A program made the translations under genes and the position numbers. Under the pieces are notes generated by a model that saw only the letters and a program-made list of their open reading frames with translations, did no database searches and was not told where the DNA came from. A stretch of 64,000 nt of DNA from an uncultured bacterium (GTDB lineage Bacteria; Desulfobacterota; Binatia; HRBIN30; CADEER01), in contig CADEER010000012.1 in NCBI GenBank assembly GCA_902826395.1, forward strand, positions 5,049 through 69,048, read 5' to 3'. Shown here piece by piece: positions 28,370 to 39,831 of this stretch. Each line of letters opens with the position of its first letter. Position 1 is the stretch's first letter.

Positions 28370-29647
28370 CTACGGCGAGACCGCTGCGATGTAGCGCATC
28401 AGAGTGTCGTGGAAATGCCGGATTCGGATCTCTTGGTCGCCCAGATGCAGGGCCTCGAAAGCGCTCGACTGCATGCCGGCCTGGATGCGCGGCAGGTTGT
28501 AGAGATCCTCGTCGAGGATCTCGCCGCCCGGGATGTGCGACAGATCGCCTCCCTCGCCGGCGCGGCGCCGCTCGTGGCGCGGTCTGGGGACGTCCTGCGC
28601 GGGCGTGTTCAGCAGGTTGAAGAAATCGAAGTACATCTTGTTCGGATCGGTTGGGTGCGGTCGGTGGCGGAAGATCCAGACGAACATCGAGTGCACGTTG
28701 AAGGTCAGGTTGGGAAACACCGTGTAGTGAAAGTCGTCGCACATCTGCGTGTCGTCGAGCTGCGAGAAGTCGCTGCCCAGAGATTCGCCGAGACGCCGGA
28801 CGGCGGCGGCGAACTCGCGGCGGGCGTCGGCCGGGCCGCCGTGAAACGACTCCACGTCGACACCGACTCGCGCCAGGAAGTTCTTCTTGATGCCCTCGGT
28901 CACCGTGCCGTGCCCGGGATGGCGGCGGCTGGCGATCACTTCGGGAAAGATCATGCGCGTGTGACGCTCGTAGCAGTCGTAGGTGGTGCCGGTATCGTCG
29001 GTGAATTCGAGCGTCGCGGCGTGCGTTGCGTGGACGTGGTACGCCTCGTTGAACGCGTCGACCGAGGTCTTCCAGTTGCAGTCGACCTCGATCGTCATGT
29101 CGGTTTCCAGCTTCCATCGCTCGAAGCCGTAGGGATCGAGGTGTTCCGGAATCACGCCGAGATACTCGCGCAGCGGTATCGCACCGGCGTGGAGATTGAT
29201 CCAGACGAAGCCGCCCCAGGTTTCGCAGCGTACCGGGCGAAGGGCGAGCTTCTCCGCCGGCAGTCTTTGCGGGAAGGACTCCGGGTCGGTGGCCGCCAGC
29301 AGCGTGCCGTCGAGGCAGTACTGCCAGCCGTGGTAGGCGCAGGTAAAGCGCCCGGCGTTGCCGCGACCGGGCTCGCGCAGTCGATTGCCGCGGTGCATGC
29401 AGACGTTGTAGCGCGCGGCGACCGAGCCGTCCGGTTGCCGTACCACCAGGATCGATTCAGTTCCGATCTCGAACGTGAAGTAGTCGCCGCTGCGCTTGAG
29501 GTCTGATTCGAAGCCGGCGAACAACCAGACCCGCTGCCACATGCGCTCCCACTCGCTGCGCGCGAACTCGGGACTGGTGTAGCGATCCTTCGGGATTGGT
29601 TCGTGGCCGAGCTCGGGCCACGGAGCGCGCTGCATGGGCGTGGACAC
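28370..29647 (-). CDS. Rieske [2Fe-2S] ring-hydroxylating oxygenase alpha subunit
   Basis: CMHRGNRL...CAYHGWQY is a Rieske CxH-x(15-17)-CxxH motif. The C-terminal catalytic domain has a mononuclear-iron His motif (EAYHVHATH). Confidence 0.85.
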   Translation of the reverse strand: MSTPMQRAPWPELGHEPIPKDRYTSPEFARSEWERMWQRVWLFAGFESDLKRSGDYFTFEIGTESILVVRQPDGSVAARYNVCMHRGNRLREPGRGNAGRFTCAYHGWQYCLDGTLLAATDPESFPQRLPAEKLALRPVRCETWGGFVWINLHAGAIPLREYLGVIPEHLDPYGFERWKLETDMTIEVDCNWKTSVDAFNEAYHVHATHAATLEFTDDTGTTYDCYERHTRMIFPEVIASRRHPGHGTVTEGIKKNFLARVGVDVESFHGGPADARREFAAAVRRLGESLGSDFSQLDDTQMCDDFHYTVFPNLTFNVHSMFVWIFRHRPHPTDPNKMYFDFFNLLNTPAQDVPRPRHERRRAGEGGDLSHIPGGEILDEDLYNLPRIQAGMQSSAFEALHLGDQEIRIRHFHDTLMRYIAAVSP

Positions 29648-29697
29648 GGCCCAAGCCTACAGCCTACGGCCGACGGGGAGTCAATGACGGCGGCCGT

Positions 29698-32600
29698 TCA
29701 GACGCTGCCTTGGCCGTCGAGGAAGGAGCGCAGAAAACGGCCGGTGTGCGACGCCTTCACACGCATCACGTCGGCGACGCTGCCCATCGCGACGACGCGT
29801 CCGCCGCCTTCGCCTCCTTCGGGCCCGAGGTCGATGATCCAGTCCGCTTCTTTGACGATGTCGAGGTTGTGCTCGATGGTGATCACCGTGTTGCCGTGAT
29901 CGACGAGCCGGTGCAGGACGTCGATCAGCTTCTCCACGTCGGCGAAATGAAGGCCGGTGGTCGGCTCGTCGAGCACGTAGAGAGTCGCGCCCTGCGACTC
30001 CTTGCTCAGCTCGTAGGCGAGCTTGATGCGCTGCGCTTCACCGCCGGACAACGTGTTGCTGCCTTGCCCGAGAGTCAGGTAGCCGAGACCGATGTCGTTC
30101 AGTAGACGGAGCGGCTTTGCGACCTTCGGAACCGACGAGAAGAGCTCGGCGGCATCCTCGATCGTCATCGCCAGGACTTCGCCCATGTTACGGCCGCCGT
30201 ACAACACCGCGAGAGTTTCCTTGTTGAATCGCGCGCCGCCGCAGGTGTCGCACGAGACGTAGACGTCGGGCAGGAAGCTCATCTCCATCTTGATGCGTCC
30301 CTGACCGGCGCATTCTTCGCAGCGCCCGCCTTTTACGTTGAAAGAGAACCGACTCGCCTTGTATCCGCGGCTGCGGGCCTCGGGTGTGAGCGCGAAGAGT
30401 TTGCGGATCTCGTCGAAGAAGCCGACGTACGATGCCGGGATCGAGCGCGGAGTGCGCCCGATCGGCGTCTGGTCGACCTCGATGATGCGACCGAGTCGCT
30501 CGAATCCCTCGATGCGCGCGTGCGCGCCCGCTCGCCCGCCGGCGAGGCCGAGCTGTCTGCGCAAGCCGGCGTAGAGGACATCGCGTACCAGCGTCGACTT
30601 GCCGGAGCCGGATACGCCGGTCACACAGGTCCAGGCCCCGAGCGGCAGGTCGACATCGATGTCGCGGAGGTTGTGCTCGGCGGCACCGCGCAGAGCCAGG
30701 CGGTCGGAGGCAGTGGTGTCGCGGGTCGGACCGCGGCGGCTGCGCGCGCGACCGAGAAAGCGGCCGGTGAGGGATCGCTCGTTGCGTGCCAGCTCGCGCG
30801 GCGATCCGAGCCCTACCAGCTCGCCGCCCTTCGATCCGCCGCCCGGTCCGAGATCGACGATCAGGTCGGCCGCGTCGATCGTCGCTTCGTCGTGCTCGAC
30901 CACCAGTAGCGTGTTGCCCTTCTCCTTCAAGCCGACGAGCGTGCCGATCAACATGGCGTTGTCGCGCGGATGCAGGCCGATGGTCGGCTCGTCCAGGATG
31001 TAGCAGACACCGCGCAGATTGGAGCCGAGCTGGGACGCAAGGCGGATGCGCTGTGCCTCGCCGCCGGACAGAGTGTCGGCGCGCCGGTCGAGAGTCAGAT
31101 AGGGCAGCCCGACCTCCTCGAGGAAGCGCAGCCTGGGCAGGATCTCCTTCATCACGTTGTCGGCGATCGCCGCGTCGCGCTTGGAGAAACGCAGGCGGCC
31201 CAGCGCCGCGTGGGCGTCGGCGACGGAGTCGGCGGTCACTTCCGAGATGGCGCGACCCTGTACGCGAACCGCGCGCGCGCGATCGTTGAGGCGCGAACCG
31301 TGACACTCGCCGCAGGGCTTCTCGCTCAACAGCTCGAGCAGGCCCGCGGCCGCGTCGTCGTCCTCCGCCATCAGCTCGTGCAGCGCGTCGACGAGGCCGG
31401 GCTTGCCGTTGCCTGCGAAGAACGCCTTGCGCTTGCTCGCCGTCAGCTTGGCGTAGGATCGATCGAGGGCGACGCGATGGCTGCGGGCGATCTTCTTGGC
31501 CAGACGCTGGGCCTTGCTGCCGGCTTCGCTGAGACCGGCTTGCAGCGCCGCGCCGAGCGGCTGGTCGAAGTCGGCTATCAGCGAGGCGGGCTCGAAGGTG
31601 ACGACGGTTCCCATACCATCGCAGGCGGAACAGGCCCCCTGGCGGCTGTTGAAGGAGAACAGCCGCGGATCGAGCTCCTCGTAGCCGATGCCGCACGCCG
31701 CGCAGTAGAGGCGCTCGCTGTAGATGCGCTCGCCGCTGTGGCCGATGGTGACGACGGCGCCGCCGCCGAGTCGCTGCGCGGTGGCGACGCACTCGTCGAG
31801 CTGGGCGCGAGCGCTGCCGCGCACGTCGACCTCGCCGACGACGATGTCGATATCGTGCTCCTTGTAGCGGGCCAGCGATGGAGTCGGGTTCAGCGCGACG
31901 ATGGCCCCGTCGATGCGGGCGCGGCGGAATCCGATCTTGCGCACCGCCTGGAACAGCTCCTTGTAGATCCCCTTGCGCCCGCGCACCGCCGGCGCCAGGA
32001 GTGTCACGCTCTCGCCCTTGTGATCGCGCTGGATTCGCTTGACGATCTCCTCGCGCGTCATCGCGCTGAGCGGCTGATCGCAGCGCGTGCAGTGCTGCAC
32101 GCCGACCTTGGCGTAGAGGAGCCGCAGGTAGTGGTAGATCTCGGTGACGGTCGCCACGGTCGACCTCTTGCTGCCGCGGCTGAGGCGTTGCTCGATCGCG
32201 ACGGTCGCCGGCACGCCGGCGAGAAGGGCGACGTTGGGACGCGGCAGAATCTTCACGTACTGCCGCGCGTAGGTCGACAGGCTGTCCAGGTAACGCCTCT
32301 GTCCCTCGGCATAGATGATGTCGAAGGCGAGCGTCGACTTGCCCGAGCCGCTGAGGCCGGTGACGACGATGAAGCGGTCGCGCGGCAAGTCGATCGAAAT
32401 GTCGCGCAGGTTGTGCTCCTTCGCGCCGACGACGCGGATCTGGCCGGTCACGCGACCGTTGCGCGAGCCGTAGTCCGCAGCGTCTTCGCCGATCCCCGCG
32501 CGGCTGTGGGTGTCCGCTGCCGCGGGCTCGGCGGCGAGCGCGTGCTTCAGGTAGCGACCGGTGTGCGATGCGGCGCAGTCGGCGACCTCTTCGGGCGTGC

Positions 32601-35304
32601 CGGCGACGACGACCTGGCCGCCGCCGGCTCCGCCCTCGGGCCCGAGATCGATGACGTGATCGGCGACCTTCACGACCTCCATGTTGTGCTCGATGACGAC
32701 GACCGAGTGACCCTGTTCGACCAGGGCCTGGAAGGCGGCGAGCAGTTTCTCGACGTCGGCGAAGTGCAGGCCGATGGTCGGTTCGTCGAAGAGGAATAGC
32801 GTGCCGGTCTTGTTCTGCCCTCCCAGGGCGGCCGCCAGCTTCAATCGCTGTGCCTCGCCTCCCGACAGGGTCGTGAGCGGCTGCCCGAGCCGGAGATAGC
32901 CGAGACCGATCTCGATGAGCGGTCGCAGCCGCTCCCCGACCTCGGCGACGTCATCGAAGAACTCGACCGCCGCCTCTGCGGTGAGATCGAGCACGTCGCG
33001 AATCGACTTACCCTTGTGGGTTACCTCCAGAACTTCGGCGGAGAACCTCGCCCCGGCGCACGCCGGGCAGGTGACGTAGACGTCCGAGAGAAACTGCATC
33101 TCGATCTTCTCGAAGCCTTCTCCGGCGCAGGTTTCGCAGCGGCCGCCGGCGACGTTGAACGAGAACGTCGCGGCCGAATAGCCGCGCAGGCGGGCGAGGC
33201 TCGACGCGGCGAAGATCTTGCGGATCGGGTCGAACGCCTTCAGGTAGGTCGCGGGATTGCCGCGCCGCGTGCTGCCGAGCGCCGCCTGGTCGACCATCAC
33301 GATGTCGCGGACGTGCTGGGCGCCGGCGATCTCGTCGTACTCGCCGGGCGTGGCGACGAACTCACCCCGCTCCTTCTTGATCGCCCGGTACACGATGTCC
33401 TCGATCAGCGTCGACTTTCCGGATCCGGAAACTCCGGTGACCGCGACGAAGCGAGCCAGCGGAATCGACACGTTGACGTTGCGCAGGTTGTTCTCGCGAG
33501 CGCCGCGCACGACGAGGCGCAGGTTGGAGCTGAGAGGCCGCCGGCGGCGCGGCAGGGGGATGGCTTTGCGACCCGACAGATACTCGGCGGTGCTGGAACC
33601 GGTTTCGGAGAGGAGATCGCGATATGGGCCGGCGAACATCACCTCGCCCCCCTTCTCGCCGGCGCGCGGTCCCAGATCGATGATGTGATCGGCCTCGCGG
33701 ATGATCTCCGCCTCGTGCTCGACCACGACTACGGTGTTCTCTTTGGCGCGCAGCTCCTGAAGGATGCGCACCAGCCGCTGGCTGTCGCGAGGGTGCAGAC
33801 CGACCGAAGGCTCGTCCAGCACGTACAGCGTATTGACGAGCGACGATCCTACGGCGCGCGTCAGGTCGACGCGCGCCAACTCGCCGCCGGAGAGTGTTCG
33901 CGACTGGCGATCGAGCGTGAGGTACTCGAGGCCGACGGCGAGCAGATAGCCGAGCCGTGAGCGGATCTCCTTCAGAATGAGATCGGCGATCTGCGCTTCC
34001 TGGTCGGTCAGCGAGAGATCGGCGAAGAACGCTGCGACGTCGGCGACGCTGCGCCGATGCAGCTCCACGATGGTCTCCCCGCCGACGCGGTAGTTGAGGG
34101 CATCCTTCTTGAGACGCCCGCCGTCACAAGTCGTGCAGACGCGATAGGAGCGATAGCGCGCCAGGAAGACGCGGACGTGCATCTTGTAAGTCCGCCCCTC
34201 GAGCCAGCGGAACCAGCCGCGGATGCCGTGGAACTTGCCCTCGCCGTCGACGATACGCCGTTTGTGGTCCTCGCGCAGATTTTCGTACGCGACGTCCATC
34301 GGGATGCCGGCGCCGCGGCAATAGCGGGCGAGAACGCCGCGCTCCCACTCGGTGGAGTTGGTGTTCCACGGTTTGATGGCGCCGTCCTTCAGCGACTTGC
34401 GGGTGTCGGGCACGACTAGATCCAGATCGACGTCGATGATGCGGCCGAAGCCGCGGCAGGCGTCGCAGGCGCCGAGCGGGCTGTTGAAGGAGAAGAGATT
34501 CGGCACCGGCTCGCGCAGCGAAATGTTGCAGCGGGCGCAGACGAGATCTTCGCTGTGCGGTTCGATCTCGCCGCTGTCCGGGTAGACGACGGCCATCGAC
34601 CCCTTGCCGAAGCGAAACGCCTGCTCGATCGAGTCGGTCGCGCGCTTCTTCTGGTCGCTGCCGCCCGCGGCGCGGATTACCAGCCGATCGACCACGACGC
34701 AGAGCGGCCGTGGCATGCCCTGGTTGTCGTCGATGCTCTCCAGATCGCGCACCTCGCCGTCGACGAGAAGACGGCGAAAGCCCGCGGCCTGCAGCCCGGC
34801 GCGCACCTCCGACCACGGCAGCGAATCCGGGACCGACGGCGCGAAGGTGACCAGCGCGCGTGTACCATCGGAGCGCTGCATCAGGGCGTGGGCGACGCGC
34901 TCGGGCGTTTCGCGCGCGACGACGGTGCCGCACTGTGGGCAGTGCGGCACTCCGATCTTCGCGAACAGCAGCTTCAGATGGTCGTGAAGCTCGGTCATGG
35001 TGCCGACCGTCGAACGCGACGTCTTGACCGAGTTCCCCTGGCTGATGGCAATCGCCGGCAGAATTCCTTCGATCTGTTCGACCTGCGGCTTGTCCATGCG
35101 ATCGAGGAACTGACGCGTGTATGCCGAGAAGCTCTCGACGTAGCGCCGCTGCCCTTCGGCATAGAGGACGTCGAAGGCGAGGCTGGATTTCCCCGACCCC
35201 GACACGCCGGTAATGACCGTCAGCTGGTTGACCGGGATGTCGACGTCGACGTTGCGGAGGTTGTTCTGACTCGCCCCGCGAATGCGAATCCAATCCTTCT
35301 TCAC
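29698..35304 (-). CDS. uvrA: Tandem-duplicated UvrA-like excinuclease ABC subunit A (two complete UvrA units fused, four ABC ATPase modules)
   Basis: The 1868-aa ORF has UvrA homology end to end. Unit 1 begins [62 protein letters not shown]. Unit 2 begins ~aa 930 with [62 protein letters not shown]. Each unit has two Walker A sites (GxSGSGKST), ABC signature motifs (LSGGE) and Zn-finger Cys pairs. Confidence 0.85.
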   Translation of the reverse strand: MKKDWIRIRGASQNNLRNVDVDIPVNQLTVITGVSGSGKSSLAFDVLYAEGQRRYVESFSAYTRQFLDRMDKPQVEQIEGILPAIAISQGNSVKTSRSTVGTMTELHDHLKLLFAKIGVPHCPQCGTVVARETPERVAHALMQRSDGTRALVTFAPSVPDSLPWSEVRAGLQAAGFRRLLVDGEVRDLESIDDNQGMPRPLCVVVDRLVIRAAGGSDQKKRATDSIEQAFRFGKGSMAVVYPDSGEIEPHSEDLVCARCNISLREPVPNLFSFNSPLGACDACRGFGRIIDVDLDLVVPDTRKSLKDGAIKPWNTNSTEWERGVLARYCRGAGIPMDVAYENLREDHKRRIVDGEGKFHGIRGWFRWLEGRTYKMHVRVFLARYRSYRVCTTCDGGRLKKDALNYRVGGETIVELHRRSVADVAAFFADLSLTDQEAQIADLILKEIRSRLGYLLAVGLEYLTLDRQSRTLSGGELARVDLTRAVGSSLVNTLYVLDEPSVGLHPRDSQRLVRILQELRAKENTVVVVEHEAEIIREADHIIDLGPRAGEKGGEVMFAGPYRDLLSETGSSTAEYLSGRKAIPLPRRRRPLSSNLRLVVRGARENNLRNVNVSIPLARFVAVTGVSGSGKSTLIEDIVYRAIKKERGEFVATPGEYDEIAGAQHVRDIVMVDQAALGSTRRGNPATYLKAFDPIRKIFAASSLARLRGYSAATFSFNVAGGRCETCAGEGFEKIEMQFLSDVYVTCPACAGARFSAEVLEVTHKGKSIRDVLDLTAEAAVEFFDDVAEVGERLRPLIEIGLGYLRLGQPLTTLSGGEAQRLKLAAALGGQNKTGTLFLFDEPTIGLHFADVEKLLAAFQALVEQGHSVVVIEHNMEVVKVADHVIDLGPEGGAGGGQVVVAGTPEEVADCAASHTGRYLKHALAAEPAAADTHSRAGIGEDAADYGSRNGRVTGQIRVVGAKEHNLRDISIDLPRDRFIVVTGLSGSGKSTLAFDIIYAEGQRRYLDSLSTYARQYVKILPRPNVALLAGVPATVAIEQRLSRGSKRSTVATVTEIYHYLRLLYAKVGVQHCTRCDQPLSAMTREEIVKRIQRDHKGESVTLLAPAVRGRKGIYKELFQAVRKIGFRRARIDGAIVALNPTPSLARYKEHDIDIVVGEVDVRGSARAQLDECVATAQRLGGGAVVTIGHSGERIYSERLYCAACGIGYEELDPRLFSFNSRQGACSACDGMGTVVTFEPASLIADFDQPLGAALQAGLSEAGSKAQRLAKKIARSHRVALDRSYAKLTASKRKAFFAGNGKPGLVDALHELMAEDDDAAAGLLELLSEKPCGECHGSRLNDRARAVRVQGRAISEVTADSVADAHAALGRLRFSKRDAAIADNVMKEILPRLRFLEEVGLPYLTLDRRADTLSGGEAQRIRLASQLGSNLRGVCYILDEPTIGLHPRDNAMLIGTLVGLKEKGNTLLVVEHDEATIDAADLIVDLGPGGGSKGGELVGLGSPRELARNERSLTGRFLGRARSRRGPTRDTTASDRLALRGAAEHNLRDIDVDLPLGAWTCVTGVSGSGKSTLVRDVLYAGLRRQLGLAGGRAGAHARIEGFERLGRIIEVDQTPIGRTPRSIPASYVGFFDEIRKLFALTPEARSRGYKASRFSFNVKGGRCEECAGQGRIKMEMSFLPDVYVSCDTCGGARFNKETLAVLYGGRNMGEVLAMTIEDAAELFSSVPKVAKPLRLLNDIGLGYLTLGQGSNTLSGGEAQRIKLAYELSKESQGATLYVLDEPTTGLHFADVEKLIDVLHRLVDHGNTVITIEHNLDIVKEADWIIDLGPEGGEGGGRVVAMGSVADVMRVKASHTGRFLRSFLDGQGSV

Positions 35305-35469
35305 TGCTCGCCCACCACGAACCGGCGACTATAGCGAAGGCCACGCACCCCGGCCATGCACCCGCCGAATCCCCGCTTTTTTCGTCCGCCGATTGCCTGA
35401 TATGAGTCGCATCAGACACTGCGCTCTTCGTGGGTCGGGGCGGTCGTAGGTTATCGAGGAAGGCAGGTC

Positions 35470-36732
35470 ATGAGCGACAAACTGGGTATTCTCGTCTCGG
35501 GCGGACCGGCGCCCGGCATCAACAGCGTCATCGCGGCGGCGTCGATTCGGGCTCGGCTGGAGGGCACCGAGGTCTTCGGTATCCGCGACGGTTTCGAGTG
35601 GATCATGCAAGGCAGCGTTGCCGAGGTGATCCCCCTGACCATCGAGGCGGTGAGCCGCATCCACTTTCGCGGCGGCTCCTTCATCGGCATCTCGCGCGCC
35701 AATCCCACGAAATCGCCGGAGCGGATGCAAAACGTATTGCAGTCGTTCCAGCGCCTGGGGATCACGCAGTTGATCACCATCGGCGGCGACGGCACGGCCT
35801 TTCTGGCCGGCAAGGTTCACGAGGCCAGCGGCGGTGTCGTACGCGTCGTCCACGTTCCCAAGACGATCGACAACGACCTGCCCCTGCCGGACAACATCAA
35901 CAGCTTCGGATACCAAACGGCGCGTCACATCGGGGCGGGAATCCTGAAGTCGCTCATGACCGACGCGCACTCGATGTCGCGCTGGTACTTCGTCATCACG
36001 ATGGGGCGCTCGGCCGGCCACCTGGCGTTGGGCATCGGCAAGGCCGCCGGCGCCACCCTGACGATCATCCCGGAAGAGCTCGATCGACCCTGCCCGCTCG
36101 CCACCGTCGTCGACACGCTGGTGGGGGCCATCATCAAACGCCGAGCCCTCGGACAGCGACACGGCGTGGCGGTGATTGCCGAAGGCATCGCGACCGTTCT
36201 CGAGGAGGGCGCGCTCGAGGGCGCCTACGTGGAGGGCCGGGACGGCAGGCCCAAGCTCTCCAGCATCCGCATCGGCGACATTCTCGCTGCGGGCGTGGAG
36301 GAGCAGCTCGCGGGTCTCGGCATCGAAGCCTCGATCGTGTCGAAGGACATCGGGTACGAGGTTCGTTCGGCCGAGCCGATTCCCTACGACATGGAGTACA
36401 CGCGCGATCTCGGCTACTGCGCGGCGCGCTATCTGTGCGAAGGCGGCAGCGGCGCCATGGTGACGATGCAGGGCGGTCGCTTCGTGCCGATCCCGTTCGC
36501 AGAGATGCGGGATCCGGCAACCGGCGGCACGCGAGTGCGGCTAGTCGACGTCAACGCCGAGCGCTACAAGATCGCACGCCGCTACATGATCCGCATCCGG
36601 CGCGACGATTTCGACGACCCCGAGCTGCTCGCCCGTCTCGCGAAGACGGCGAATCTCACGGTCGAGCAGTTTCGCGATCGCTTCCAGCCGCTGACCAGGA
36701 ACGAGCCGCCGCCGCTGACCATGTGCGAGTGA
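35470..36732 (+). CDS. 6-phosphofructokinase (PFK-A family; the GGPAPG variant suggests PPi-dependent type)
   Basis: GILVSGGPAPGINSVI, ITIGGDGT, MGRSAGHLAL and PKTIDNDL are PFK blocks. Confidence 0.9.
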   Translation: MSDKLGILVSGGPAPGINSVIAAASIRARLEGTEVFGIRDGFEWIMQGSVAEVIPLTIEAVSRIHFRGGSFIGISRANPTKSPERMQNVLQSFQRLGITQLITIGGDGTAFLAGKVHEASGGVVRVVHVPKTIDNDLPLPDNINSFGYQTARHIGAGILKSLMTDAHSMSRWYFVITMGRSAGHLALGIGKAAGATLTIIPEELDRPCPLATVVDTLVGAIIKRRALGQRHGVAVIAEGIATVLEEGALEGAYVEGRDGRPKLSSIRIGDILAAGVEEQLAGLGIEASIVSKDIGYEVRSAEPIPYDMEYTRDLGYCAARYLCEGGSGAMVTMQGGRFVPIPFAEMRDPATGGTRVRLVDVNAERYKIARRYMIRIRRDDFDDPELLARLAKTANLTVEQFRDRFQPLTRNEPPPLTMCE

Positions 36733-36907
36733 AGCGATTCAACGCGGAGGCGCGGAGACTCAGAGGCGCAGAGGAAAGCCCAAAGTACGTTGACTCAATG
36801 CAACCTCCGCGCCTTTGCGCCTCTGCGTTTGGATCTCCTCGTGGCGCCTTCGTGGTTTCTTTGACGCGCTGTTTGCGGTAGTGCGCCGATCGGGGAGGGA
36901 ACGGCAG

Positions 36908-37717
36908 ATGGATCATTTCGACGGCAAGGTCGCGATCGTCACCGGCGCGGCCTCCGGCATCGGCAAGGAGATCGCCAGGGCTCTCTTGGCCCGCGGTGCG
37001 ACGGTCGCGCTCGCCGATAATCACGCGGCGAACCTCGCGACGGCCGCCGACGAGCTCGGGCGCCAGAAGACCGAGCCGCACGTCGTCGACGTCACCGATG
37101 CGCAGGCAGTCGCGGATCTGGTTCGCGACGTCGCCGCGCGCCACGGGCGGCTCGACTTCATGTTCAACAACGCCGGAATCGCGGTCTTCGGCAATGCCCA
37201 GGACATGACGCTCGAGGATTGGAACCGCCTGGTCGACATCAACGTCCGCGGCGTCATCCACGGCGTTGCTGCCGCCTACCCGCTCATGATCGACCAGGGC
37301 GGCGGACATATCGTAAACACCGCCTCGGTCGCGGGCCTGGTGCCGACTCCCTCTGGCGTCGGCTACAGCATGACCAAGCATGCGGTAGTCGGACTCTCCA
37401 GCTCGTTGCGCATCGAGGCGGCTCGGTACGGTGTGCGGGTCAGCGCCGTGTGCCCGGGGTTCATCGACACGCCGATCGTGCAGAACGCGAAAGTGATCAA
37501 GTTGGATCGCGAACGAATGCTGCGCGAGATGCCTGTTCGCTTCCACTCGCCCGTCGCCTTGGCACAGGCGGTCCTACACGGCGTCGAACGGAATCGCGGT
37601 ATCATCGTGTTCAGCGGCTTCGCGCGCTTCGGTTGGTACTTCCATCGACTGTCGCCGGCGTTCATGACGCGCATGCTGGCGGCGGGCGCTCGCCGCAATC
37701 CGATGCTGGCCGAGTAG
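36908..37717 (+). CDS. Short-chain dehydrogenase/reductase (SDR) family oxidoreductase
   Basis: Start at ATG 36908 (MDHFDGKVAIVTGAASGIGKEIA). TGxxxGxG, NNAG and YSMTK (YxxxK) are present. Confidence 0.85.
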   Translation: MDHFDGKVAIVTGAASGIGKEIARALLARGATVALADNHAANLATAADELGRQKTEPHVVDVTDAQAVADLVRDVAARHGRLDFMFNNAGIAVFGNAQDMTLEDWNRLVDINVRGVIHGVAAAYPLMIDQGGGHIVNTASVAGLVPTPSGVGYSMTKHAVVGLSSSLRIEAARYGVRVSAVCPGFIDTPIVQNAKVIKLDRERMLREMPVRFHSPVALAQAVLHGVERNRGIIVFSGFARFGWYFHRLSPAFMTRMLAAGARRNPMLAE

Positions 37718-37730
37718 AGAAGCTGCTGCG

Positions 37731-39212
37731 ATGACGGTGCCCGGTCCCGTGTCGCTGCCGCACCTGGCCGAAGGCCTACGCGCCAGAATCCCGGGTGTGA
37801 CGGAGCTCGTTTCGTGCACACGACTGTCGGGCGGCGCGAGCCAGGAGACGTACCGCGTCGTCACCGGCGGCCCGGCCGGTGAGCGGCGCTTCGCGATGCG
37901 CCGATCGCTCGGCGGCGTGGCGCAATCGGTCATGCCCGGCCATCCCGGCCTGCGCGTCGAAGCCCGCCTGATGACCGTGGCGCGTGCCGCCGGAGTGCCG
38001 GAGCCCGAGGTGCTGTGGGTCTTCGATCCGGAGGACGGTCTCGGTGAGGGCTTCGTGATGGAGTGGCTCGACGGCGAGACGCTCGGCAAGCGCATCGTCG
38101 CCGCCGACGAGCTGGCGGAGGTCCGGCCGCGTCTGGCCTACCAGTGCGGTGAGATCCTGGCGCGCGTTCACGCGATCGACGTCGATGCAGATTTCGGATC
38201 GGCGCTGGCCAGGCTGACGCCGGAGGCGTTCCTCGACCAAACGTACGCGCGCTACCGGAGCTTCGACGCACCGCAGCCGATGATCGACTACACGGCGCGG
38301 TGGTTGCGTGAACGTCTCGAGCGCATGCCGCCGCCGGAGCGATTGGCTCTCGTGCACAACGATTTTCGCAACGGCAACCTGATGGTCGGTGCCAAAGGCG
38401 TGGTCGCTGTGCTCGATTGGGAACTGGCGCACGTCGGCGATCCGATGCGCGATCTCGGCTGGATCTGCACCAATTCATGGCGTTTCGGGCGCAGCGATCT
38501 GCCGGTCGGCGGCTTCGGTGCGTACGAGGATCTCTTTGCCGGTTACGAGTCGGTATCCGGCTCGCCGGTCGATCGCGAACGAGTCCACTACTGGGAAGTG
38601 TTCGGCTCCTTCTGGTGGGCGGTGGGCTGCCTCGAGATGGCGAATGCGTTCCGCACGGGCATCGACCGCAGTATCGAGCGCGCCGCGATCGGCCGCCGAT
38701 CGTCGGAGTGCCAGATCGACTGCGTGAACCTGATCATCCCCGGTCCAGTCCACCAGCTGGAACCGACTACCGCGCACAGTTCGTCCGACATGCCGCGCGC
38801 CGCCGAGCTGTTGGAGGCCGCCAGCCGATACCTGCGCGAAGAGGTCATGACGACGACGGCGGGACGCACCGCCTTCCTCGCCCGAGTGACCGCCAACGCT
38901 CTCGACATCGTCGCGCGCGAGAACACGCTCGGACCCGCGCACCGAGAGATAGAGCGCCGGCAACTCGCGGCTCTGCTGGCGCGGGACGGCGAAGCGGACG
39001 AGCTGCGGCGCGAGCTGGCGGATGGGCTGCGGTCCGGTGCCATGCCGCTCGACCGCCCCGGGCTCGCCGACTACCTGCGCGACTCGGTGGTCAGGCAGGT
39101 CGCAATCGACCAGCCGGGATACGGCGGCTTGCGGAGCGCACTGCGCCAGTCGGGCCATTCCGCAACCCCGGCAAAAGTGCCATCGTCGGCATCCCCGAAG
39201 CAGCGGAGGTAG
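37731..39212 (+). CDS. Phosphotransferase-family kinase (APH/CHK-like) with a C-terminal extension
   Basis: LVHNDFRNGNLMV is the HxDxxxxN catalytic loop of the aminoglycoside/choline-kinase-like fold. VLDWE is a DxE/DFG-like metal site. The ~150-aa C-terminal tail is unassigned. Confidence 0.8.
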   Translation: MTVPGPVSLPHLAEGLRARIPGVTELVSCTRLSGGASQETYRVVTGGPAGERRFAMRRSLGGVAQSVMPGHPGLRVEARLMTVARAAGVPEPEVLWVFDPEDGLGEGFVMEWLDGETLGKRIVAADELAEVRPRLAYQCGEILARVHAIDVDADFGSALARLTPEAFLDQTYARYRSFDAPQPMIDYTARWLRERLERMPPPERLALVHNDFRNGNLMVGAKGVVAVLDWELAHVGDPMRDLGWICTNSWRFGRSDLPVGGFGAYEDLFAGYESVSGSPVDRERVHYWEVFGSFWWAVGCLEMANAFRTGIDRSIERAAIGRRSSECQIDCVNLIIPGPVHQLEPTTAHSSSDMPRAAELLEAASRYLREEVMTTTAGRTAFLARVTANALDIVARENTLGPAHREIERRQLAALLARDGEADELRRELADGLRSGAMPLDRPGLADYLRDSVVRQVAIDQPGYGGLRSALRQSGHSATPAKVPSSASPKQRR

Positions 39213-39214
39213 CG

Positions 39215-39685
39215 ATGTCCGGAAATCCGAAGATGCCTGCATACCGCCCGCCGCTGCTCGCGGGCCTCGCCATGGTCGCTCTGCTCGGGACGATTGCCGA
39301 GCCGGCGCATGCGCGGCGCGCCAGACTGCCGCTCTCGGTGCGGATCACCGCTTACGTCAATGCCAAGCCCGAGGGTTTCAACCCGCAGTTCGAGTGGGTC
39401 GTATCGCATCGGCGCGAGAGGATACGGCTGTACATCCAGCGCTTGTTCGTAACGACCGGCGATGCCTCGCCCGGTCAGGTCGACAGTGCCGTCGATCCCT
39501 TCCAGGTACAGTTTCAACTTGCCGGCGAGGCGGCGGCGCTGGAGCAATTGATGACGGCTCCAGCCGGGACCCGTGTCGTCATCGATGCCTTTCTGCAGAT
39601 GGCAGGTGCCCGCATGATGATGGTCAACAGCGTGCGGATCGAGGCCGAGCCGACCGTGGCCGCGACGCCGGCGGTGACCCCGTGA
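39215..39685 (+). CDS. Small secreted hypothetical protein
   Basis: ATG 39215 lies 3 nt after a GGAGGT RBS. It has a signal peptide (LLAGLAMVALLGTIAEPAHA). There is no recognisable domain. It is tightly coupled to the upstream kinase. Confidence 0.5.
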   Translation: MSGNPKMPAYRPPLLAGLAMVALLGTIAEPAHARRARLPLSVRITAYVNAKPEGFNPQFEWVVSHRRERIRLYIQRLFVTTGDASPGQVDSAVDPFQVQFQLAGEAAALEQLMTAPAGTRVVIDAFLQMAGARMMMVNSVRIEAEPTVAATPAVTP

Positions 39686-39831
39686 GCTGGGAGGACCGGA
39701 CCGGCCTCCGCTTTCTTGCGCCACTCTCGTCCCCCCGCCTGTCTGGATCATCTTGAGCCGAGGAAGCGCCCGCGGAAGTGCAGTCAAAGGACGCCATTGA
39801 GCCGACGGCCTCGGGCGGTGGCGACTGGAAT

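Noticed and set aside
30970-32799. 609-aa + ORF antisense to uvrA, and similar long antisense ORFs (9957-11105, 49815-51641, 52922-53809, 54869-56668, 1660-3393, 26029-26829, 30188-31792)
   Set aside because: Each lies opposite or overlapping a gene with strong homology support and translates to low-complexity R/A/G/P-rich sequence. They are artefacts of 70% GC.
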